Origin: Amoebophrya sp. A120
Lineage: Eukaryota > Protista > Dinoflagellata
Length of the DNA: 64,000 nt
Assembly: GCA_905178155.1 (NCBI GenBank)
Contig: CAJINV010000012.1
Span: 3,059,412 to 3,123,411 of the forward strand
Direction: 5' to 3'
Shown here: positions 51,101 through 60,900 of the stretch, piece by piece
Position numbering within the stretch: the stretch's first letter is position 1
Layout of the letters: each line of letters starts with the position of its first letter
The notes under the pieces: model-generated
Databases searched by the model: none
What the model was told of the DNA's origin: nothing
The model's input: only the letters and a program-made list of their open reading frames with translations
Position numbers and translations under genes: made by a program

Positions 51101-53525
51101 GAGGCGTTTCTAGTCTTGTTTTGGCATTTCTAATGCTGTAACCAGGATGAGCAGATGGATTTGTGATGCGTTTGTCCCTGCTAACCTGTACCACACTGCG
51201 GACTGCAATTTGTGATGTGTGAGTCCCAAAACTTCTACGCTTGTGTTGCAAATAAATCCCCTTCTTGACTCTGAGGTGGGCGGGACGTTTTTACTTAGCA
51301 TATTTCTCCGCCTACCTTGGCGGAAAAAAACGCATCCCCGCACTCACCCTGCACGTGCCAGAGCCGTGGAAGGTCCGGGACTTGTCCTGGCGCACGGGAG
51401 CCTGCAGCTTGCGGCGCTGCAGGGACAGAGCGGCGAGGAAGAAAGATGAAAAGCCTGCTTGTTGTACGGAGGTGGAAAATATTAAAACAGGCGATGCTGC
51501 CGGTGGTCCACCAGGTAAAGAAGAAGCTACGGGCACGACAGCAAGCAAGAAGACAAAAAAAGACGGAAAAGTCGTTCCGACCTACATCCCGCCGGCGGAA
51601 CGGTACTTGAAGTTGCTGCAAATGGGCGCCTACGCATTGCAAATATGTCTGCTTCTGGAAGTAGGATGCAAGCTTGTGATGCTCTTTGTCTGTGGTCATA
51701 CAAAAATCTGTCTTGCGCGAGAGGTAAAAGTTGCGCTTTTGTTAAGTACCTTGATAAAGCCTCTGATGCTACGCTATGCCTTCCGGACCTCCTAGCTATT
51801 GAGACAAGAGCTGCATGGCAAGAAATTCGGTACCTTGCCAGACCCAGACACATTTGCATTTGATAGCGCCGAGGAGCAGGGACTGAGTAAAGAGTACCAG
51901 GAGTTTCTGTATCAGACAAAATAAGCACAAATTGTAGCTTGGTACAAAGTTTTCCGGGCCAAGGAGGACGACGAAAATCAAAATCGCATAGAATTATGAA
52001 ATTACTGCGCACGGGATTGCTCCACCTGCATCTTGCATCGGGCAACTACTTCTTGGTGTAGGCATAAGGACGCATAGTGAAGATCACTTTTGTAGTACTA
52101 CAGTAATTGTCCCAAAAATGGGAGCAAAATCTTTTGCCATGAAAAGTTTATCTTTGGACAGCAGTGCCACAACTTCCTCCCGGGCCCCGGTCTGCTTTGG
52201 TTCTAGAAAGTCATTTTTTCCCTGCATACGCCGCAACAGTTGCCCTCTCTCGAAGATTCCACGAGCGGAAAAATCTTCGGTACCTGCCTCCGCGTCTTTT
52301 GGGGGAAGATTTTTTGCACAGCGCTCTTCCTGCTCGTGCAGGGAATTTTGCTGTATGGAAGGGGAAACAAGCTGTGTTAGTGCAAGTCTGTGATGCGATT
52401 CAACATGCAGAGCAATTGTAGAATTATTAGGTGGCCAACTTCTACGCGCCGGTCTTCATGCATTGCACAGTCCTCCCAACCGTGTTTGGGTTTCCGTTTC
52501 CCTCTTCTATCTGCGCATGGCAAGGAGGTTTTTTTGTCATGCCCGACAGTGGTCAACAGATTCGTAATGCTGTTTGTTCCCATACAAATTGGATGCTAAC
52601 ACAGTTTTTTTCTTGGATATTTATCGCACGCTGCGCATTCCCATTAAGTACTCCTGGGCGGTGCTTGTTTATTCGATAAAGACCTATCCTGAGTTGTAAA
52701 AACGTTTCCATCCCATACTTATTTGTCATGGAAATGTGCAAGCGTAAAATCTTTGTCATACGCAGGAGCGTTTTTTTAATGCCCTCTGGCAGTTTGTCAA
52801 GCTAGATTCTGGGTAAGCTGATCGAGATTGACTAGGGATGCAGCTGCAGTTGCTCCGCACGATTACACTGGAAGACCACACTTGTCATACGTGAGTCGTC
52901 CCAAAACTTCTGGATTCGTGTTGCAAAGTGCCCATCGCCATTTTGACTCTGGGGTGGGGACGTTTTTACTCAGGATAATACCCACCCGCTCTTCTGGGTC
53001 GTGATGCTTTGCCTTCGGTACTGCCCGAAAAGATTTTTGTACGCAGACAACTACGGCCGGGGAAAGGATGTAACCGTCTGTCTGTCCTTCCCAGAGTTTG
53101 TGGAGGTATCGAAAGGAAAAATCCCCCCTCCCCCTATCAAAACGAAATTTCTGATGCTGGATTTGTCTACACAAATCCGTGTATTGCTGGAGAGCACTGC
53201 AGGCCCATACTACGTGTGAGCAGAGAGGTTTTTGCCTCGGCACTTAGCATGAAAAACATCCGCGCTGTAGGCCCAACAGCATGTCAAACCGCCTGCACAA
53301 TGCGGCGGCTGTCTGTGGAGTTGCCTTCTTGCAAGACAGACACGATTTGTGGCCACAAATCAGCATCACAAATTTCCACCAAAAATATACCTTTTTAGTA
53401 TGGGGAGGGGGGATTTTTCCTTTTGAGAGGAGGTGCGAAAAAACTACGAATGGCAAAAAGTGGAAATGGTCGAAGAAGATGTAGGGTCAGTTGGTGCAGG
53501 GATGGCGGGAAAAAAGAGCCAGTGA
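48154..53525 (+). CDS. Gamma-glutamylcyclotransferase-like (GGCT/GliK-like) protein with probable C-terminal TM region; 13 introners. Could instead stop at 51924
   Basis: YYFGYGSNM, AILRNYQLTFDLPGFPLAEPSWANI, QGVLIEMT, PPAERYLKLLQMGAEEQGLSKEYQEFL; downstream exons are in frame to TGA at 53523-53525. Confidence 0.8.
48244..48524. mobile_element. Introner family A
   Basis: DR GAAAA/CAAAA. Confidence 0.85.
48573..48868. mobile_element. Introner family B
   Basis: DR CTGCG/CTGAG. Confidence 0.85.
48900..49206. mobile_element. Degenerate introner family A
   Basis: Eroded TIR and DR; boundaries approximate. Confidence 0.7.
49330..49591. mobile_element. Introner family A
   Basis: DR ACTTC. Confidence 0.9.
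49648..49995. mobile_element. Introner family C
   Basis: DR GTTGA. Confidence 0.85.
50034..50255. mobile_element. Introner family A-like
   Basis: DR CGAGC. Confidence 0.85.
50316..50636. mobile_element. Degenerate introner family A, first of a tandem pair
   Basis: DR TTGAT/CTGAT. Confidence 0.8.
50642..50902. mobile_element. Introner family A, second of a tandem pair
   Basis: DR CTGAT. Confidence 0.9.
51018..51302. mobile_element. Introner family B
   Basis: DR TTTCT. Confidence 0.9.
51631..51865. mobile_element. Introner family A-like
   Basis: DR GCGCC. Confidence 0.85.
52354..52619. mobile_element. Introner family D-like
   Basis: TIR present; DR eroded. Confidence 0.7.
52685..52977. 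mobile_element. Introner family B
   Basis: DR AGACC/ATACC. Confidence 0.85.
53107..53428. mobile_element. Introner family C
   Basis: DR GGAGG. Confidence 0.9.
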
Positions 53526-54637
53526 GATTGCAGCTGAGTATAGAGAAAGAGAAATCAAATGACTTTCCAACTTTTTTTTCTCCTCACGCGCTATTTACGG
53601 GTTTCTAATATAATTCATTCTAACCCGATCGCTCCCTCTCGCCATTTTGTCCGCCCGGTCCTTTCAGTCGACGGTGCTTCTTCGGAATTCCTGTTGCGTG
53701 ATGTTCTATACTGCACCCGCTTTGATAGATGACATGATCTGGTCTTCCTTCTGTCCTTGAAAACGTATGTTTTTTGCAACACCTTCTGCGGCATGACGAT
53801 AGATTTCCGTCTTCTGTGCATAGAAGGCGGTAGAAGTTCCGGCACCTTCTTGTTTCCGTGGATGTCACGTCACGACTACTATCATGTCAGTACTCTCGTC
53901 TCCCCGTCCATAAGATAAATCGCCAAAATGCTGGGGAAGTACGACAAGCACTTGAAGATTGGAAAGAGCAATCGGCGCTGCTTAAAGTAGACGACGAAAT
54001 ATTTATAAGTAAGTACATATAGGTACTTGATTGCTGATGAATCATGGCTAGTATTGCTCGCGATGAAGTTGTTCGCACTGCGTCTGGAGGAAAAGAATTT
54101 GAGTTCGTTGCTTCTGCAAAACTCGTCAAGGAAACTGCGCTCGTCAAGAGTGTGACTCGCCAGTCATTTGTCAGAAAAGTCTAGGACACGGTGACAATTT
54201 TTTTTTGCGTACGTCGTTTCGCTCTCTGTCTCGTGGGACGAAAGTTTATAGCGAAGACCCATCCTATGTTCATCTTGTACGGTCACGAATTCTACTATCG
54301 TGCTAGCACTCTTTACGTATAGGCGTAGCATGAAGAAGTAGTCGTGTGTGAAGTATTAACAAGTTTCTACCTCGTCGTCCAACGAGAACGACTACTTCAG
54401 AGCGTATTTTTTATCCCACCGTTCCTGTGTAGTATCTCTGTCTCTCTCAGCACAGCAGGGAATTAGGCAAAGATGAATAGAGTTAGAGTAAGTAGTACTT
54501 TTGTTATCAACCTCTGTGGCTGATCGGCACAGGATCTTGATACTGCTCTTTTGTTTGTTGTTCTTCACGGTAGAGAACGCGCACGGCGAGTGTGCTCGCG
54601 AACTGGGGTCTCAGCGGATCTTGGAGGGAAGTGACAG

Positions 54638-55252
54638 TTGCAATATGATACGCCGACCTCTTCTTTCATTGTTTCGCGCGAACACGTCAGGCAAGAACTG
54701 CGAGAAGACGAGCCCATGTATGCACCCAAGCTGTGGAAGACACGAAACCTACCAGGTTGCGACAATTGGCAAGGTTTCGCTGGCACTCTGCAGCGCTTCG
54801 GAAGCGGAAACTTCGGAATCAAAGCAAACGGATCCTGTGATCCGAAGCGCATCGCCGGTGAAAAGGAAAACTGCCATCAAGTGACTGAAGCGGAGACTTG
54901 CAATATGGCGACCGTCCAGTTTAAGAACGTTGCATGCGATTGGATCCCTATGGCGTCATGCAAGTGGGATGAGACGATGTCGAAGTGTGTCACATCTTTT
55001 GATGATTGTGATACATACAATGAAGATGTAAAGGACGAGACGGGCGATTTTTGCGGGCCGGAGACCCAGTACGCATGCACCTGGCAGGAGCATGGAGCTG
55101 CCAACGGGTCCGGAGTTTGCCGTCCGGTCGGCGGGGATGAAGATTTTTCGTGGACATGGGACGAGACTCTCGTCCCTGTCGACTGGACATGGCAGCCACG
55201 AAACCTCATGGAACTTCAACACAAAACCTCTTTAGGCACGTGCCTTGTATAA
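54638..55252 (+). CDS. Cys-rich, probably extracellular protein exon; boundaries uncertain
   Basis: 204-aa ORF with repeated C-x-W motifs (CDW, CKW, CTW) and spaced Cys. Confidence 0.5.
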   Translation: MQYDTPTSSFIVSREHVRQELREDEPMYAPKLWKTRNLPGCDNWQGFAGTLQRFGSGNFGIKANGSCDPKRIAGEKENCHQVTEAETCNMATVQFKNVACDWIPMASCKWDETMSKCVTSFDDCDTYNEDVKDETGDFCGPETQYACTWQEHGAANGSGVCRPVGGDEDFSWTWDETLVPVDWTWQPRNLMELQHKTSLGTCLV

Positions 55253-56035
55253 AATATTAATGCGGCGACTACGTGTGCTGTTGTGTTTTTCATTTTCAGT
55301 CTACGCGTCTCAGTCTCTGTTGCAAACTCATTCTCAGTCTTTGATTAAGTTTTGTTTACATATTTTGCAAGGCGAGAAACTACATATGTCGCAATACGAC
55401 ACAAGTACTAGATAAACTTGATGTCGATTGAAGATTATGTGGCAAATTTTCAGAAACCCACGCAAATTTTTGCACTGTCCTGCGCACTGCAATTGGTGCC
55501 GAGCCAGCTCAATCAAATCATCACTGTAAAGCGATTTCTGGCAAATGCAAAACTACTTCGAGCTTCATCCATGTATGTTTTCAGCATAGCGAGCAATCTG
55601 TCTTCTACTTCTTTCACGCTGCAGAATCAGTTACAATACACTACCGCACGACTTCTACTTACTTATCACGGCCTACTTTCAGTCTTGACACAGTCACGAC
55701 CTGGAACCTAAGCGAGCACGCTTCACCACCCCAGTGTTGCGCAATAAAGCATCCCGATCTCCCCGTACTTTGTAACGTTCGCTAAAGCCGCGCGGAATAC
55801 TAGTAGCCCTATTGAATACAGGCCAGAGGTGGAGTGCCATCCAGTTGGCGGCTCACGCGACTCGTTTTTATTTTTGCCTCCCGATCTTTTTGCTTTTTAT
55901 TGTACTGCCCAAATGTCTCTACTTGCAAAAAGAGAAAAAATATGCTCTTCAACAACGTAGTTTTCAGCGAATGCAATGTCTCCAGTCACGGCTTTTCCCT
56001 TTTGAGCCAAAGATGAATAGCGGAGACATAGAAAA

Positions 56036-56125
56036 ACGCAAAAAAATTACATATGAGAAAAACACAAAAAAACTACATATGAGAAAAACACAAAAAAATT
56101 ACATATGAGAAAAACCCAAAAAATA
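56036..56125 (+). repeat. ~27-bp A-rich tandem repeat (about 3 copies)
   Basis: ACATATGAGAAAAACACAAAAAAA repeated. Confidence 0.7.
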
Positions 56126-57991
56126 CACTGGTTGTGCGGAGCATCAACAGCTTTGAAGTGCAAAGTGCAGCTGCAGGCCCGATCCAAAATGCAGGCACCA
56201 GCTTCCAGAAAAGTTTTTATCTGAGTCTCAGCTATCCCGACCTACTCCTTTTTTCGCATTTATACCACAGTCCACGCAATAGCCTTGCAGCAAGATGCGG
56301 ATGTTTCAGCAACTTCAAGTGAGTTCCCAAAGTAGAGGTATGCTTGACACTACCGCGCTCCGACCTGCTTTATAAATCGAACTTAGGTACGTAACAAGTT
56401 TACTTTGAAAAGTAGCAGCGGCGCGAAAGGAACAAGCACGAAGCCACCGGCTGGTGTCCCGTGTGCTAACCAGGAGGTCCTCATTTTGTCGGGACACGCA
56501 AAACGCATACTATTGTTTTAGTACTGCTGATATGCGCCTCGGTCATCTAAAAGTTTTAGTAAGAAGTAAGACTAAGAATCCGGCTTCAGAGCGTCAACCT
56601 CCGGGGCAATAGATATCACGAAGCTACTAGTACAGGAATTGTCACACGGGCGCTCTTGCAGTTTTATCCAAATTGCATCGGGATGAACAGCATCGACATC
56701 TTGTCGGACTTTCTATAGCCTCTAGAGTTTCCTCCCCTCGTTCTGAACTAAACTGCCCCAAGCTCAAGACTTTCCCTCCCCCACAATTTTTTTCGAAACC
56801 CGCAAACGTAGGAGCGCTAGCGCTTTCAGACTGAAGCAGAAGCTTTTTCGCCCGTGACCAGATTCGGCTAGCAACATGCCAGCGGTACTGGTGCGGTAGA
56901 AGAAACTTTCGGATGAAGCGCTGTGACTCCAGCACCCTAGCCATGCTTTCCCCCCGTTTTCGTTTAAGTACGTGTTTCCACCCTGCCCCAACCCCAACCC
57001 TTGCTCGTGAAGCGAAGTGTTTGTTTGCTCCGTCTGCTGTACCAGGAGCAGGAGAGGATCATGGAAAATACTCTACTGTTTTGAAGATTCCACTCCTATG
57101 TAAGTAGATCAATGAAATCTACATAGTCAGTAGCGCAGGAATGACGCAAACAAAGCTTCGAACAACCACTCCGACATCCCCTAAGAAGCGTAGGTCTTTC
57201 CCGACTAGCACTAGATAATAGCAGGCCCCCGACGTAGCCCGACAGGAGCCTCGGCTAGACGAAATCATACAAGGAAAGTGCAAAAGAACCTCCAGCAGGG
57301 TGCGGAAATGCACCCACATGCCCTCCCCCCCAAGATCGAGACCAAGACCCAAACTCTTTTCTACAATGGTATGATATAAAATGACTGCGCGTTGCGAATT
57401 ACTGCGGGCATATCCTGCCAGTGCTGTCGTAAATCGCAAGCGCAGTGAAAAAAAACTAAAAATGTACTAAGCGCACAGTTGCACCACAAGCCCAGTTGTG
57501 TGCGACTTTGCTGGGTGGCAGCCCGAAGCAGGCCGAGAAAGTGTTCCAATGGATCAGCGACTTTATTGACAAGTCTTCCTCGTCTCCTCGGTCATGTCGC
57601 AAGTCGCGTTTGAGTCCGAGTTTTTTGTTTTGGCCTTTTAGCCAGCGGGTACCGTGGATCTTTTGTCCGGAGCGAAGATCTCCGCCTCAAGGGTTGCTGC
57701 CGTGGTCAAGAATGTAGAAGCGATGTTCCTAATATCTTGGTTCGAAGAGGAGCTTTTTTTTCTTTTATTTTTCCAGGAGCTGCACCCAGATGGATCCCGT
57801 GTTCACCTTGATGTCATAACCATTGGAGCTCAGGATCATACATGCTTGACGCTTGTCGCCAATTCCGCATGAAAGGGACTTTTTGATCTGTGTGGGAAGA
57901 TGAAAAAAAGGTTACGGCGGCCTTCTGACTTGGACGTACCGAGGTGAAAAAATTCGAGCTCGTACAGACACGCGAGTAGAGTATTCCGTGC

Positions 57992-60900
57992 ATGTCGAAG
58001 ACTTCAAGGTCAGAGATTCAAATGCCTCGTCTGCCGTTCGTGCGTGTAGTCCTCGCTGCGCCCTGTGGTCTCTTGCTCACGCAACTCAGTAAGCTTCTGG
58101 CCGAGGCTCGAGTGGTGGACACGTGCAGGGAAGCCATCAATGACTTCTACTTCGGTCTCTACGAGGATGAAATCGACGGGCAGCCCGTGCTGTCCAAGGC
58201 CGATCCCGAAAACAACTCTACCGTGCAGCTCGAATGTATGGGAGTGTCAGAATCGAAATTGACAAAATCGAAATAATTTGCCATGCATAAAATAGATTCC
58301 AGCTCGAACCCAGTTTCTAAGTGGCGCATGACAAATTCTGGTGGTACCTGAATACAGTTTGCAATGCTGTTTAGGCAAAGAAGACTGATTCTCTCATGCT
58401 GCTTTAGCAGCTCGAGCTATAACCCCAAAGAGGCTTACAATCGGCCTCACTTGCCTGCTCTGCATCACACGTATTTCGCGTCATGCATTTTATGCATGAC
58501 AAACAAGGTCCGAGCACGGGGACAGAGTCCCCGCGCGGCGACCTTCCGGCATTTGTCTGGGACGAGTTCATCGGGGGTTGTGGTGGCTGGCACAGGGCGG
58601 GCAGGCCCCTGCAGCTCGGTGCCTCTGTGTGTCCTGCGCTCCCTGATCCGCGACAGACCTACGGACGGAGCTCCTCTGCTTGCCCACACTAGATCCGCTG
58701 GCCCACCGCGAACAGTGAAACAAAAAGAAAAGAAAGGAAGAAGCTGGCGCCGGGCCGGGTCGGTGCCGATAGCACCGGCGCCACGTCTGTAGCTGGCCCC
58801 TAGGTCATGACGCGGGGACCGAGTCCCCGCGCTGACCTAGGGCTTCTGCCCCTGGGCCGTGCGGTTAGTTTCCGGGAAGCGCCAAAAGCTGGCCCCTAGA
58901 TCATCACGCGGGGACCGAGTCCCCGCGCTGACCTAGGGCTTTTGCCCCTGGGCCGTGTGGTTAGTTTCCGGGAAGCGCCCACAGCAGCTGGCCCCTAGGT
59001 CATGACGCGGGGACCGAGTCCCCGCGCTGTCCTAGGCGGGCTTTTGCCCCTGGGCCATGCGATTAGTTTCCGGGAAACGCCCAAAGCTGGCCCCTAGGTC
59101 ATGACGCGGGGACCGAGTCCCCGCGCTGACCTAGGGCTTCTGCCCCTGGGCCATGCGGTTAGTTTCCGGGAAGCGCCAGCAGCTGGCCCTAGGTCACGAC
59201 GCGGGGACCGAGTCCCCGCGCTGACCTAGGGCTTTTGCCCCTGGGCCGTGTGGTTAGTTTCCGGGAACGAAGCGCCCGCAACAGCTGGCCCCTAGGTCAT
59301 GACGTGGGGACCGAGTCCCCGCGCTGGCCTAGGGCTTTTGCCCCTGAGCCGTGCGGTTAGATAGTTTCCGGGAAACGCCCAAAGCTGGCCCCTAGGTCAT
59401 GACGCGGGGACCGAGTCCCCGCGCTGACCTAGGGCTTTCGCCCGTGGGCCGCGCGGTTAGTTTCCGGGAAACGCCCGAAGCTGGCCCCTAGGTCATGACG
59501 CGGCAACCGAGTCCCCGCGTTGACCTAGGGCGTTTGCCCCTGGGCCGTACGAGAAACCCGCTCTGGATACTTGAGCCCGCTCTGGATATTTGTTCGATTC
59601 GGATCCACGTATGCTTTCTGCTCTGGATATTCAGTTTCTCTGCCCCCTGCTCTAGATGTGGTAGCCGAGGGCGCGCAGGGGGTTTGTCTGGGGTGTGTCG
59701 GGGGTGTCTTCCGGGGGTGTGAGACGGGGTTCTGCCTGGGGTGTGACGGGGGGGTGTGTCGGAGGTGTGTCTGGGGTGTGTCCGGGGTGTGTTCGGGGTG
59801 TGTGTTGCAAATTGCAAATCACGATGCTACGCAGCCACTTTGCATACCCCAGAACACACCCCAAAGCTTCAGCACTTCTTGTCGGGGGGGGGTGTGTCGG
59901 GGGTCTGTCTGGGGTGTGTCTGGGGTGTGTCCGGGGTGTGTTCGGGGTGTGTTCGGGGTGTGGCCTGCAAATTGCAAATCACGATGCTACGGACCCACTT
60001 TGCATACCCCAGAACACACCCAAAAGCTTCAAAAGTTCTGGTTTGCTGCAGTTTAAATAGTAATTATTTCGATTTTGTCAATTTCGATCCTGACAGTTCC
60101 ATAGAATGGGCAAAGTATGCGCAGTGCGTGAAGTACGTCCGGCGGGACGCTTTCACGGCGAAGGAGTACCTGGTATGGATTGCAAATATGTCTGGGTCTG
60201 GAAGAGCCAAACTTGTGATGCTGCATTTGGATGCTAAAAAAATCTGTATTGCATCAGTAGCAAGAGGAGTCAAATGTGGCTACGCGGAGAGGGCATTTGT
60301 CATGCAGGATGCGCATCGATAGGCGCGCAAAAAATCTGTGATGCTATGGTATACATCACAGACATCATCATGGATCATGGAAAATGTGCATGGCAAACTT
60401 CTCCTCTTCCAGACCCAGACATTTTTACATTTGATACCTGGAGAGTATAGACAAGCCGGCGTACTCGGTCGCGTTGGGCTAGGGTTGTGTCAGGATCGCA
60501 AGCGTCAGAGTTGAAATAATAGTTTGTCATGCATAAAATGCAACGCAGAAATTGCCTCTATTGCAGAGGACGCAAGGGAGGCAGATTGTGGCGCTGGTAA
60601 GGGTCGAGAATCGGGCTGCTGATTAGCATCACAGAGAGGAGCCCCAGCCCCTTTGCCCGAAACAGCATAATAAACTGGCCTCCGGTACGGACAAAATTTG
60701 TCATGCACTGACTAGAAACTGTGGGTCCAACTCCAATGGGTATCGATTTTATGCATTACAAGTGGTTTTAGTCGGTTTAGCATTACAAGTTATTTCAACT
60801 TTGTCGATTTCAACCCTGACACATCCATATGGGCCGACAGTACCCGGTTCTGCTCACCCCCGCAAAGCCCGACCTCAGCCGATATTTCCTCATTCCCGCA

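Larger units (their letters stand above)
58237..60103. mobile_element. Expanded 1.87-kb introner family H
   Basis: TIR TATGGRA.TGTCAGRATCGAAATTGACAAAATCGAAATAAT; DR GAATG; removal gives QLEWAKYAQC. Confidence 0.9.

Noticed and set aside
58791-59548. CRISPR array or tandem hammerhead ribozymes
   Set aside because: Units repeat in full with no unique spacers and no cas genes; no CUGANGA core on either strand
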